The notes beneath the pieces were generated by a model. It saw only the letters and a program-made list of their open reading frames with translations. It was not told the origin of the DNA and did not search any database. Below are positions 39,465 through 49,442 of a stretch of DNA of 64,000 bases, in pieces (the stretch's first letter is position 1; the number at the start of each line of letters is the position of its first letter). The translations under genes were made by a program, and so were the position numbers. Source of the stretch: a virus (taxonomy: Duplodnaviria; Caudoviricetes); the IMG/VR virus record IMGVR_UViG_2890524856_000001, positions 1 through 64,000 of that record. One strand, written 5' to 3'.

Positions 39465-40415
39465 TCAAACCGGCGAAAATAACTGCTTCAGGTGCTCTAC
39501 AAATTTCCTGGCATCCTTATTCAACCTTGCATCGATCCTATCGCACACGTAGAAGTCCTCAATAGCCCAATCACCCTCAATTGGAACGGCGCGCACCGGA
39601 TAGATCGTAGAGAATCGCTTTGCCGTCGAAGCGCTCATTACCGCAATACCCATAGACGTTCTTGATACGAGAGACGCTTGGATTTCAGTTTTATGGGTAA
39701 CAACTGAATATTTAGCCTTTATTTTCATCCTTAACAGTTCCGCATCAATCAATTTTGACGCGCCATGCTCACCCTGAACGCCAATCATCGGGTGCGCAAC
39801 TATTTTATGCAGTGGGACAGTTTTTTCATGCGCGAGTGGATGCGAGTATTGAGCAAGCACATGCAATCTTGCGCTTCTATATTTTTGTAGGCTTATGCCG
39901 GGGATATCTATCTTTTCAGATACGAGTGCGAGATCACACAAGTTATCAAGCACTGCCTTGGCTGCGCCATAATTTGTCTCTGTGTCGATGAAATCAATGC
40001 CGAAACTTGGCGCATCAATCTTCATCCTTTCAGAAATATTAGGGACATCATCCATCAATAAAGATGGCATGCCGCCAACCCTCAAGTACTTTGACTTGTT
40101 TTTTATTTCTTCAATATCCTGATCGGCCAGTTCCGCGATCGGCATGATGCTCAGCGCCGCCTCGAGCAAACGTTCGCCGGCGTCAGTAAGTTTTTTGCCG
40201 CCAGACTTCCTATATATCGGCTGCCCTAACATAAATTCCAGATTTTTTAGCCTATGACTAATCGCTGAATTTGTAACATTTAGTTTATCAGCAACATCCG
40301 TCAAATTTCGTTCGGTAGATAAGGCAATAATTAACTCTAAATCTGTAAATGTAAATCGCGGCACCAATGAAAATGCTATTTTAAAGCTTGAAATAATTGT
40401 GCATTTTGTGAGCAA
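39465..40415 (-). CDS. LysR-family transcriptional regulator (start may be GTG 40364)
   Basis: HTH NLTDVADKLNVTNSAISHRLKNLE, LTDAGE and a substrate-binding domain. Confidence 0.9.
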   Translation of the reverse strand: MLTKCTIISSFKIAFSLVPRFTFTDLELIIALSTERNLTDVADKLNVTNSAISHRLKNLEFMLGQPIYRKSGGKKLTDAGERLLEAALSIMPIAELADQDIEEIKNKSKYLRVGGMPSLLMDDVPNISERMKIDAPSFGIDFIDTETNYGAAKAVLDNLCDLALVSEKIDIPGISLQKYRSARLHVLAQYSHPLAHEKTVPLHKIVAHPMIGVQGEHGASKLIDAELLRMKIKAKYSVVTHKTEIQASLVSRTSMGIAVMSASTAKRFSTIYPVRAVPIEGDWAIEDFYVCDRIDARLNKDARKFVEHLKQLFSPV

Positions 40416-40616
40416 TTGAAATATCTAAACACCAATTTTTCAAACTTTGCTCAAATCAATTTGAGTAAGTTTCAACTTCCTTGTCAAGATTTTCATTTAA
40501 ATTGTCGGAATAGATACATTTTGCAACAACTTAATTTCCAAAGAAGCAATGTGCCTATGAAAACCGTCAATGAGACATAGCAATACCACTTAAACAACTT
40601 TCAGTGAAAACTCAAA

Positions 40617-40886
40617 ATGAATCAATTATCTGCAAATCAAAAAGTTCTTGGCATGCATGCTGCAAAATCCCTTATCGCGGCATTAAAATCAAAAACCGAC
40701 TCACAGTTGGATTTCAACGAATGTCAATCTGCGGTGGCTAGCTATATTGGGTTTGCAAAAGAACAGCCGCTAGAATTCATGGACGGGTTCGTCATCTCGC
40801 TGACTGATTTTATTACTGCCTCATTTGATGGTGCCGTCGACGTCAAAAGTTGGAACCCAGCCATTCGCCTTATGAATGTCGGATAA
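40617..40886 (+). CDS. Hypothetical protein divergent from lysR
   Basis: 89-aa ORF followed by an inverted repeat at ~40900-40944. Confidence 0.55.
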   Translation: MNQLSANQKVLGMHAAKSLIAALKSKTDSQLDFNECQSAVASYIGFAKEQPLEFMDGFVISLTDFITASFDGAVDVKSWNPAIRLMNVG

Positions 40887-41018
40887 AGTACCAGTTAATA
40901 AAAAAGCATCCCAATCTAAAATTACATCCAGGGATGCTTTTTGATTGAATATAATCATTGCTACTTTTTATTATAAAAATCAGAATAATCAGCAATCAAT
41001 CAACTGAGTGAGGAAAGA

Positions 41019-41315
41019 ATGCAATCAACCACGAATTTCGATGAATGGCTCGATGCAGCAGACCCATGCGATGCCGCAAATGTCGCCGGCCTAGTAGAAG
41101 CCGTTGAATCAGAAAGCGAGTTTTCCGGGTTTAAGGCAGTTCGCGCAAAGAATGGCTATTTAATAGTCACCGCAGATGGCATTGATCTTAAACTTGTATT
41201 GGTAAGCAAAGGAGCAGAGGATGGCTTCGTTCAGCGCATACATGGAAGGTATGTTCCAGATAGGATGTCAGCTAGCGTTTATGCAGCAATTGAACATCAA
41301 AACGACAAAGACTAA
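41019..41315 (+). CDS. Hypothetical protein
   Basis: GAGGA RBS; 98 aa. Confidence 0.6.
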   Translation: MQSTTNFDEWLDAADPCDAANVAGLVEAVESESEFSGFKAVRAKNGYLIVTADGIDLKLVLVSKGAEDGFVQRIHGRYVPDRMSASVYAAIEHQNDKD

Positions 41316-41333
41316 CAAAGCGATCAAATAGCC

Positions 41334-41699
41334 ATGAGCAACCAACCAACTACCAAGAGCCCTACCGATGAGCATGAATGCTCTGTAATGCGCCTCCATC
41401 AGATCATTTTGAAGCAATACCCTGAGCACTTCATGGTGTTTGTCGATATGTTTTCCCTTGGGTGCCTTCTGCACATAAAAGGCGATACAGATGCCGGGTT
41501 GAAAGTTATCAACCAAGTTTTAGGAGCAGTTCCTGAGCGTGGGAACAAACTGTACTTTGAATCGATACGCAAAAATCTGCCTGGCAACGAGATCCGCTTC
41601 AATCTTGAAATTCAACCTCACTACGAGATAAAGGAGCTTTTCAAAGAATACCTTTCTGCCGCACGCCCAAATACCACTGGGGCGACAGAGAAGGCGTAG
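41334..41699 (+). CDS. Hypothetical protein
   Basis: 121 aa; convergent with 41700-42206. Confidence 0.55.
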   Translation: MSNQPTTKSPTDEHECSVMRLHQIILKQYPEHFMVFVDMFSLGCLLHIKGDTDAGLKVINQVLGAVPERGNKLYFESIRKNLPGNEIRFNLEIQPHYEIKELFKEYLSAARPNTTGATEKA

Positions 41700-42206
41700 T
41701 CACGGAAGGTTCTTAAATCCGTTCACGTACAGAAGTTCATCCCGTTTTTCGAGTACATACTTTCTTGTATAGGGGGCGATATTTATATCGCCAATAATAT
41801 CGACAATTTCGAAGCCAATTGCCACAGATTCGCTGATATTTATAAAAATAACATCATGCTTATCGGCAATAAAATATTCTTTCGTATCAGGATCTGCCAG
41901 GGACTCAATCAAGGCAATCATCTGAGTATACTTAACGTCTAGTGTCGTTTCCCTGTCATTGAAGCTTGAAGGCTCAAATGTGCCGACTTGAAGCATTTTG
42001 CAGTCGCCAAGCAAATGCCAATCAACATCATCCTCATCCTCTGAATCTAGGACTCCCAATCCACCCATAGTTGGAACACCCCCCATTTGCCCATCAGAAC
42101 CTCTGGACAGCACCTTTCGATACGCATCACAATCAAATGCATTTGGGTGTTTAAGGGTGACTGATCTTGCCCCCTTAGCAATTTGTTTTGGAATTGAATT
42201 CAACAT
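41700..42206 (-). CDS. Morphogenetic protein (head-tail region, P1-like)
   Basis: LKHPNAFDCDAYRKV motif; late-strand operon. Confidence 0.55.
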   Translation of the reverse strand: MLNSIPKQIAKGARSVTLKHPNAFDCDAYRKVLSRGSDGQMGGVPTMGGLGVLDSEDEDDVDWHLLGDCKMLQVGTFEPSSFNDRETTLDVKYTQMIALIESLADPDTKEYFIADKHDVIFINISESVAIGFEIVDIIGDINIAPYTRKYVLEKRDELLYVNGFKNLP

Positions 42207-42209
42207 CTT

Positions 42210-43226
42210 TTATCTATTGGCCTTCACCAAAACGTTAAAGTCGGCTTGAGATATCAATCCAGACTGCAGTAATTTTCTCAGATTGCGTTGAGCATCAAAC
42301 AAAGCCTGCTCGCTATCTACCGGCCGCTTTGATGCCCCCTTATTATTTTTTTTCGCTGCAAGTTTAGTAAGTGCCTTTGACGGCTTTTTAATGTCACTTG
42401 CTGAAATCTCCCGCTTCCTTGCCTTTTGCATCTTGGCAATTTCTGCGGCCTTCTTCTGGGTAATTACACCATTATTTTTAGCTGCTCCCCGCTGACCGCG
42501 GTCGATCATCTCTGCAATAACATTGCGGATGTTCATATTTTTTGAAAGCTCATGCATTACACGCAGCACATGCTTACACGCGACACCGGCCAAATTGGGA
42601 TTCTTCAGCTTTGGGTACCCGTTTTCAGGCCGGCCAGCATTAAACCCACCGATCGTCGTGATGTAGCGGTACCAAAACGTGTGACGGCCGCAATCGCAGT
42701 CGTATTTTAATGGACTTTCTTTCACCAACCATTGCGCCAGCTTTTTAGGATCAGTTGGAGATGCGACGGCAGCCTCGTAATTTACCAACTCGACCGATAC
42801 GTGGTGCCTGGTAACGTTTGAGTCTTTGCTCGCATTTGTTATAAATCGAACTGTCCCTTTATTCGTTCCCGCTGGAACCGCCATGTGAATCTGCTCATTT
42901 GCACGCTCTCGATCTTCCTTACGCGACAGATTTATTATTTGCTGAGCTGTCAGTCCCTTTTTTAAGCGCCCACCAACTGACTTGACGTGCTTCCTGAACG
43001 TTGCCAAATCCTCATGAGTAATTGGCCTGATTTCACCGTTAAGGGTGGTCATCAGCAATCGTCCGGCATCGTAATCCCCTTTTACCTCATGGGGATTAAT
43101 AATGTTTGATGCATTAGAACGTCTCTGCGCATCCATCTTGCGCAGCTGCTCGGCCTCTGCCGCGCTGCCGCGGATTCGCGAAATTGCCAGTAATTGCTCG
43201 GGGGTGACTCTGGATACTCTAGGCAT
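42210..43226 (-). CDS. SWIM-type zinc-finger morphogenetic protein
   Basis: YDCDC...ACKH motif. Confidence 0.65.
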   Translation of the reverse strand: MPRVSRVTPEQLLAISRIRGSAAEAEQLRKMDAQRRSNASNIINPHEVKGDYDAGRLLMTTLNGEIRPITHEDLATFRKHVKSVGGRLKKGLTAQQIINLSRKEDRERANEQIHMAVPAGTNKGTVRFITNASKDSNVTRHHVSVELVNYEAAVASPTDPKKLAQWLVKESPLKYDCDCGRHTFWYRYITTIGGFNAGRPENGYPKLKNPNLAGVACKHVLRVMHELSKNMNIRNVIAEMIDRGQRGAAKNNGVITQKKAAEIAKMQKARKREISASDIKKPSKALTKLAAKKNNKGASKRPVDSEQALFDAQRNLRKLLQSGLISQADFNVLVKANR

Positions 43227-43534
43227 TATCTAGCACTCGCATCATTTTCATACCCGGCATCAATTTTCATTTTCATCAACTGGGATTCTGTTGGCAATAC
43301 CAGCAACTGCTCCGGCAAAGCCTGCTCCACAGAATCGAGCCCGGCAGCCGCCATAATTACGATGAATTCATCGACCCGCCCATATACGCGCCGCGATACA
43401 AGGGTAAGATCAAAGCGCTCATCTGGCTTTGTAAAGTACCGGATTGCTGTTCCCCACACGGGGGTTTGAATTGAAAAATTCCGTACTATTCGAAAAAACT
43501 TCGATACTGACGCAGTATTTCTCTCAATAGACAT
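43226..43534 (-). CDS. LysM/gpX-like baseplate component
   Basis: ERFDLTLVSRRVYG...IMAAAGL...LVLP pattern. Confidence 0.6.
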   Translation of the reverse strand: MSIERNTASVSKFFRIVRNFSIQTPVWGTAIRYFTKPDERFDLTLVSRRVYGRVDEFIVIMAAAGLDSVEQALPEQLLVLPTESQLMKMKIDAGYENDASAR

Positions 43535-43542
43535 CAGATTTT

Positions 43543-43836
43543 TTAAAGCAAAGTAGTTTGATATGGAATAGTCGCGATGAATCCGATTACGCCACCGGTA
43601 GCAGTTGCAAAAAAATCCCAAAAATCGCACGTATGCTTATCAGGATTGAATGCGTCATAGAGCTCTTTTAATGAGCCAACAAGGCACACCCCCAACAAAG
43701 AGTAAATGCCGCACCATGGCGACGGCACCGCGAATGAAAAAATTAAATTTGATAGCGCAAAAAGAATGGCGCCTATCAGGGCATGGCCTTGCTTGTCGGC
43801 TGGAATTGCGCCGATGATTGCGAGCAGTTTTTCCAT
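43543..43836 (-). CDS. Small membrane protein (DK..H...KELYD...DFFAT family)
   Basis: Hydrophobic segments with DKQGH and WDFFAT motifs. Confidence 0.65.
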   Translation of the reverse strand: MEKLLAIIGAIPADKQGHALIGAILFALSNLIFSFAVPSPWCGIYSLLGVCLVGSLKELYDAFNPDKHTCDFWDFFATATGGVIGFIATIPYQTTLL

Positions 43837-43837
43837 T

Positions 43838-44099
43838 TTAACGATGAACTCCATTACGCATCAGTTTCATTACTTCAATGAACGCCTTGTGTGCTTCGCC
43901 GGCATCTTCAATCAAAGTTCCCTTGTAAGTCATACCTTTTTCATCGATCTTCAAAATTGGAGAATCGTGTCCAGAAGGACAAAACACAAAAGTGGCTGGA
44001 ATTTGCGGTGCCACACCGATACTTCCTTTGAGCACGTGATGCGCGCTGACCGCAACTCCAGCGCTACTTTCAGCTACTTTCAGCTACTTGGCTGTCCAT
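43838..44099 (-). pseudogene. Small gene interrupted by an extra copy of a 10-bp tandem repeat
   Basis: ATG 44099 with RBS reads MDSQVAESS-stop; removing one AGTAGCTGAA unit joins it in frame to 43838-44035. Confidence 0.65.
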
Positions 44100-44103
44100 A
44101 TTT

Positions 44104-44424
44104 TTACCCTTCGACCATATTCAGTTGTGGGGGAGCCAGCAATCCAGCTGTAATTTGAAGGATGCGCTGATTACCTTCATTTGCCGCAACCATTTCATTG
44201 CGAAACGATTCAATCGCGGCTGAGGTACCGCGCTGCTGCTGTGAGTTTTCAATTAAAAGCAGCGGCAGCCATGTGATAGCGCAACCATGCTCATCAACAT
44301 TTTCACCGGTACTAGGGTTTTTTCCCGCCAACTTAGTCAACCAGGTGCATTGATGAATCGCGCCATCTCGAATTTCTTGGCACTTACTGCCAAGCGGGCA
44401 TGTTAAGACTGTTTTCAGTTCCAT
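44104..44424 (-). CDS. Conserved tail-fibre-associated protein
   Basis: CPL...C...C.W...GKNP.TG...C.I.WLPLLLIENSQQQR.T.AAIESFRNEMV; common next to phage fibres. Confidence 0.75.
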   Translation of the reverse strand: MELKTVLTCPLGSKCQEIRDGAIHQCTWLTKLAGKNPSTGENVDEHGCAITWLPLLLIENSQQQRGTSAAIESFRNEMVAANEGNQRILQITAGLLAPPQLNMVEG

Positions 44425-44426
44425 TT

Positions 44427-44651
44427 TCAATACCTGTCCGGTAGGTGAGATAAGGACAGTCTGCGCACAATCCATTTCACACCATCCCAGGCAGCCTCCT
44501 CATCCACAGCCAAATTGCTTGGCGGCGGTACTAGAGTCGTTCTAGGTGGCAGATGTATGCGCACTTGATCCTTATTATTTTCGAAATCATATGTGCCGAT
44601 AAAGGACATATCATCTCCCCACTGAAATCCAGTAATAATGTCTTTTTCCAT
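44427..44651 (-). CDS. Tail fibre assembly chaperone-like protein
   Basis: LPPRTTLVPPP...WDGVKW motif directly after the fibre. Confidence 0.7.
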   Translation of the reverse strand: MEKDIITGFQWGDDMSFIGTYDFENNKDQVRIHLPPRTTLVPPPSNLAVDEEAAWDGVKWIVRRLSLSHLPDRY

Positions 44652-44655
44652 TTTC

Positions 44656-47600
44656 TTAAACCTTCACGCAAATAATCATGTCGATGTAGCGAGGTTCCCA
44701 GTTCGTCTGTGACGATCCGTTGTCAGTGCCACCGGTATGGGAGTGACTAGCGGAGATGCCGTTCATCGTCATTCCTGTCGCTGTCGCAGCTGTCGTGCCA
44801 CCTCCGTTGTAAGTCGCATTCCCACCACCAACGCCGTTGATATCGCCGGAATAGTTCGGCATTTGCGTCACAAATGAACCACCTCTGGCGGGGGCATGGG
44901 CATGTCCAGGGTCATTCAGCCAATGGTTATGGTCGGAGGATTGCCACCCAGTTGTAAAGCCGTGCGTATGCGCTGGAACAACATTATTTATTACCGGGTT
45001 ATGAACGCCCCCAACGTTGCCACCTACCCAGTTGACAACGCGAAGAAGTCGGTTATCTGATTTATCTGAAACATCCTGCACCCAACCGGTAGGTGCAGAT
45101 GATTGCGCGAACGGCATTCGCGTCCCGGATGGGAAAATCCCCATGTCGTTGGTCAACTGGCTGAGTTTGTTCAGGTTGCCATCGTGCCATAGCTTGCGCC
45201 ATGCGCCCCAGCTGCTACCGTTATTTGCCTGGCGAACTGACAGCCCATCACCGAACGAAACCTGCACCGGTGTTCCACCGCCCGCGCTGCCAGATGACTC
45301 ATAGCCAACAACAGTTAATATGTAGCTATAGTTGTTGTTTGCACTGATAGGTGGGTTGTCAACTTTGTTAGATTCTTTGAATTCAATAGTTGCTGCGAAG
45401 TTTTGATAATTGTTTGGTGTCGCAGCATTTGCCCGCACATCCGGAATCAACCACGTCCCTCGATAGCCGCCACTGGCTGACAGACTGCCAGCGACTTGCA
45501 TTTTGTCGACACCGTTATCATTGCCCCCCAGTAGCAGACGGCCAGAAGGCGTAAGCGTCATCCATGCTTGTCCGGCAGTTCCCCAGCGCATTCCAATGCC
45601 ATTTTCTTGCATGAACTGCGCGTAACTACCTTTCATGTACTGTATATAACCATTACGCGTCCCGTCGTCATTGACAAATGCGACAAACGCATTGTCATTT
45701 CTAAGCCGAAGCGCTTCTGTAGCGCTAGACGAGACGGTACCATCAAAGCTTGCCGCGCCCGTATTGCTAATTGACGCTACGTTTTTTCCGCCATTGCCAA
45801 CGTTACGGAAAATCCAACCACGACCCGGATCACTCGTCATCGTGAAATAGGTAGCCCAGTCGTTGTTGACTGCCCCATACGTACCGAACGATCCAGTTTG
45901 AGCGAACATAATCCCGTATGACGGCTGAGAGTATGATCCAGTTGTGGCTACTGATGGATATAGATAAACACCCGCCCCTACACCATCTGTTTGATTAAGC
46001 CATAAGCTGCGCATATTAGCAGTACCGCTGCTATCCAGCTGGAGTACAGATAATGGCAAACCCGTAGTCGTGAGAGTTAAGTTGCCATCGTGCCAGATTG
46101 TGCGCCACGGGTTCCACGCACCGACATCACCATTTTGTGTACGGAACTTTAAAACCCCAGCTGGGTCACCATACGCAGAAACCATTTGGCACTGGTAATT
46201 GCTCGCTCCATTATTGCCAAGTGCGCCCAGCTGGCCGAAGTTAAAGAACGCTCCTGTTACGCCTGAACCCGCCGTGTTGTAGTCAAAGCCGTGTTCTGAA
46301 AACGCACTGTTGATGCTGGTTCCATCATCGGAGTGGTATCGCGTCCGCTTTGAAACAATCGGCACTTGGATGTCGGTGGTTACCTTCACCCATGGTTTCC
46401 AGGTATCCTGCTGTCGGCGGAAGTACATGGAGTCATCATTCCAAGGGAACGCGACTTGCGTATAACGAGTTCCGTAGCCAATCTCAATTGTTCGGTAATT
46501 ACCCGAAGCGAAGGGTGGTTTAGTGCCAGTGATGGCACCATCATAGTGATACAGACCTGACGGCTTTGTCACATCGAGATTCAATGCTTGGGTAGCACTG
46601 GTCAGGTTTGTTCCGGCCACATAGCCTGCCGCATGAAAGTTTGCTCCGCCGTATGTCCTAATCGTCCCCGGCTCAATCGCATAAATGCCTACGTTGTACG
46701 ACTCGCTGAACCAGCCTGCGTTACCTGTGGATCTAAACCAGCCGTCTGTACCATTTGTACGCGCCAACCCTCCAAGCGCTGTCGCAGCATCAGCTACCGC
46801 TACTCTCACACCAGCGTGGAAAATAGTATCGTTAAACCCTTTCAAGTACCAATTTGTACCATCCCACCAACTCTGTACATTGAAGGCATCCGGAGCCGTA
46901 TCGCTACGTTGCAAGCCTCGCGCCCTAGCCGCGCTGCCTGAAGCGGTAATGTAGCCAGAGTCATTCGCCAGCTGGCTATTATTTTTCAGGTTCTCGTTCG
47001 TCCAGACAGTTTTCCATGGTGTCCAGCTTGCGCTGTCCGTCTTGTTGCGGAATTGCATTCCTCCGCCGTGAGTGAAAACCTGCTGAACAATCCCTGTGCT
47101 ACCCCCACTGACAAATACTGTCATGCCAGTTGAATATCCGTGCATATCGACTACATATTCGCCCGGCGCTATAGCGCTATCTATGCTGGAAATATCAATA
47201 AAAGTAGCTGCTGTCGTTCGGTACCCGACATCATTTAGTAGCTGGCTAACATTTCGCAGATTTCCTGAGTGCCACAGCTCGTACCAACTGTTCCAAACCG
47301 TGTCGATACCCTTGCGGATCTTCATCTGAGGTAGGCCAAATCCATCATGGCCGGTTCCGCCAAAGGCTAACTGATAAGAAGCCCCACCGCCACCTATAGA
47401 TGCCCCCTGGAATGGTGAGACAGTCATTACTCCAGCGTAGTATCCACCCATGCTGGCGGAAGTTGCTGTGACGAAATCCCAGCGTGTGCTGTATGCCTGG
47501 CCGTTTGGCAAAATCGCGTTTGCATCACGTGCGCCGTCTGTGACAGTTGCGTACCTTGCTGAAGTTGCTGTACCCGCATTACCTGTAATGGCAATTGGTG

Positions 47601-49365
47601 CAGTGCCAGAAAGCTTGCTCGTAAAATCAGCTATCGAGTTACGCCGTAAATAGCCGTCTACACCATTGTTTGTATATACCGAGGATACACCGTGGTTTTC
47701 GTCCAGCTGGGTAGTGTGCAGGCGATTAGCCTGCAGATAACCCTCTGCAGTCCGCTTCGCAATCGATCCATTTGTCGGGGCTTCACTCTCGACCGCGCCA
47801 TTTAAAGAAAATGCATTTGCCGCATTTGAGGCTGTCCGTGTAATGACTTGAACCTGCCCAAATGACGTTACCCCGCTTGATACACTCCAGCCTTTTACAA
47901 AGCTTGCGCTTTGACCGGTATGACCTACAAATACTTCAGATACTTCAACGTTCGGATATCCAAACGTAGAGGCTAATTCGCCAATCCAGATGGCCAATTT
48001 ACCCGCTACGTTACCGAAACGCACATTGAAGGATTTAACCTTTCCCGCACTGATCAATGAAGCCGCACAGTTCAACCAGGTATTTTCGTTCGAACCAGCG
48101 TAAGCGTAGCCAGCTATACCCAGCTCATAGTATCCGCTAGATGTATAGTCATAAATCTTAACGCGCATTATAAGCATCGAATTCAGGTATCCGACCGGCA
48201 TAAGGATCTGAATTGCGCCTGTTGCGCTGGCTACTTGGCTTCTGTCTGCCGCCCCTTCAGGTACAGGAATTCGCACGAAGTCACTGCTGGCTAAAGCTGA
48301 TAGCTTTACAGCTCCGGACAAGCTAATATCCCCACCAACCTGCAGCGAGTCTATGCCATTGTCGCTAGTGTTTACTGTTACGTTTCCACTATTATTCACA
48401 ACAAGTGGAGTTTTTCCGTTCGCTCCTAAGGCGAGAATATGTCCAGATTCAGCCATCAATTGAACGCGTGATCCAGCAATCCCCTGCAAATAGCCTACTC
48501 GCGCATCATTTGCGCTGTTCCAAAAAGAAAGGAATGACAAATCACCGATTGAACGCAGGGTTTCACCACCAATAGTGGCAACTGTGCCTGTGAATGTAGG
48601 ACTTACCTTTTTTGCGTATCCAGCATCATTTGCGAGCTGGCTAACATTTCGCAGATTTCCTGAGTGCCATACAGCCTTCCACTCAGTCCAATTGGTTGAG
48701 TCGCGCTTGTTTCTGTATAGCATACCTCCGTCATATTCGAAGCGTTGTTGTACCGCGCCGGTAGAACCCCCACTGTCAATAATAAGAGATGTTGATGATG
48801 CCCCATCATATCGCTCCAAATAGTATCCAGGAGAAACAACTGAGTCAGCATCGCGGCGAGCATACTCGCCCTTATATTTGAGATACTGAGGATGTGGGTT
48901 TTGCGCAGACTCATGCGCGCCAACAAGGCTCTGCGCAATTGAAATGCTTGAATCAACAGTGACAGTGACGGCGTTTGCTGGCAATACGGATAAATTGATG
49001 GCGTATGAAACCATCGTAGTAACTTTGTCCGCAATGAACATAATGTTCTTATTTGCAGAGCTGAATACTGCGAACAGTGTATTTCCAGCCCAGAATCCAA
49101 TTTCACCACACCAAAAAGCAGCATTTTCACTTGCGGCGACCTCAGCATGGACTTGGATTTGCGTTGCACTTACACTTCCACCGCCAGAAACTGGCGATCG
49201 CTTTATTTCATTTTGCAATGCCACTTCTTTTCCGCTCGGATTGTATTGCCCGGTACCAAAACTGATATGGGTAATCGCCAGGGAAACCCCTAAACCATTA
49301 GCAGTTTTTGTTGCGGCCAACCCAGCTTGAGTAATTGCGGGTTGAAGTGGGATTGAATTCGACAT
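44656..49365 (-). CDS. Long modular tail fibre (1,569 aa)
   Basis: N-terminal collar/baseplate-binding domain, repeated W-x3-W-(H/T)-x-(G/E)-N linkers, C-terminal collar/needle; start at ATG 49365 because promoter 6 overlaps the ORF-track start. Confidence 0.9.
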   Translation of the reverse strand: MSNSIPLQPAITQAGLAATKTANGLGVSLAITHISFGTGQYNPSGKEVALQNEIKRSPVSGGGSVSATQIQVHAEVAASENAAFWCGEIGFWAGNTLFAVFSSANKNIMFIADKVTTMVSYAINLSVLPANAVTVTVDSSISIAQSLVGAHESAQNPHPQYLKYKGEYARRDADSVVSPGYYLERYDGASSTSLIIDSGGSTGAVQQRFEYDGGMLYRNKRDSTNWTEWKAVWHSGNLRNVSQLANDAGYAKKVSPTFTGTVATIGGETLRSIGDLSFLSFWNSANDARVGYLQGIAGSRVQLMAESGHILALGANGKTPLVVNNSGNVTVNTSDNGIDSLQVGGDISLSGAVKLSALASSDFVRIPVPEGAADRSQVASATGAIQILMPVGYLNSMLIMRVKIYDYTSSGYYELGIAGYAYAGSNENTWLNCAASLISAGKVKSFNVRFGNVAGKLAIWIGELASTFGYPNVEVSEVFVGHTGQSASFVKGWSVSSGVTSFGQVQVITRTASNAANAFSLNGAVESEAPTNGSIAKRTAEGYLQANRLHTTQLDENHGVSSVYTNNGVDGYLRRNSIADFTSKLSGTAPIAITGNAGTATSARYATVTDGARDANAILPNGQAYSTRWDFVTATSASMGGYYAGVMTVSPFQGASIGGGGASYQLAFGGTGHDGFGLPQMKIRKGIDTVWNSWYELWHSGNLRNVSQLLNDVGYRTTAATFIDISSIDSAIAPGEYVVDMHGYSTGMTVFVSGGSTGIVQQVFTHGGGMQFRNKTDSASWTPWKTVWTNENLKNNSQLANDSGYITASGSAARARGLQRSDTAPDAFNVQSWWDGTNWYLKGFNDTIFHAGVRVAVADAATALGGLARTNGTDGWFRSTGNAGWFSESYNVGIYAIEPGTIRTYGGANFHAAGYVAGTNLTSATQALNLDVTKPSGLYHYDGAITGTKPPFASGNYRTIEIGYGTRYTQVAFPWNDDSMYFRRQQDTWKPWVKVTTDIQVPIVSKRTRYHSDDGTSINSAFSEHGFDYNTAGSGVTGAFFNFGQLGALGNNGASNYQCQMVSAYGDPAGVLKFRTQNGDVGAWNPWRTIWHDGNLTLTTTGLPLSVLQLDSSGTANMRSLWLNQTDGVGAGVYLYPSVATTGSYSQPSYGIMFAQTGSFGTYGAVNNDWATYFTMTSDPGRGWIFRNVGNGGKNVASISNTGAASFDGTVSSSATEALRLRNDNAFVAFVNDDGTRNGYIQYMKGSYAQFMQENGIGMRWGTAGQAWMTLTPSGRLLLGGNDNGVDKMQVAGSLSASGGYRGTWLIPDVRANAATPNNYQNFAATIEFKESNKVDNPPISANNNYSYILTVVGYESSGSAGGGTPVQVSFGDGLSVRQANNGSSWGAWRKLWHDGNLNKLSQLTNDMGIFPSGTRMPFAQSSAPTGWVQDVSDKSDNRLLRVVNWVGGNVGGVHNPVINNVVPAHTHGFTTGWQSSDHNHWLNDPGHAHAPARGGSFVTQMPNYSGDINGVGGGNATYNGGGTTAATATGMTMNGISASHSHTGGTDNGSSQTNWEPRYIDMIICVKV
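47240..48669. repeat. 35-bp identical direct repeats inside the tail fibre (47240-47274 and 48635-48669)
   Basis: AGCTGGCTAACATTTCGCAGATTTCCTGAGTGCCA occurs twice, 1395 bp apart. Confidence 0.9.
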
Positions 49366-49399
49366 AAAAGAAACGCCTATCCGGATAAGTGATACAGGC

Positions 49400-49440
49400 A
49401 TTTTGAATTAGTCGGGGAGCGCACGCAGCGCCACTTTTCC
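49400..49440 (-). promoter_or_regulatory. Putative late promoter 6 (GGAAAA-N29-CAAAAT)
   Basis: Upstream of the tail fibre; exact spacing. Confidence 0.7.
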
Positions 49441-49442
49441 GT

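Noticed and set aside
44104-49365. P1-type Cin/cix invertible tail-fibre switch
   Set aside because: No serine invertase and no inverted alternative fibre end in the window
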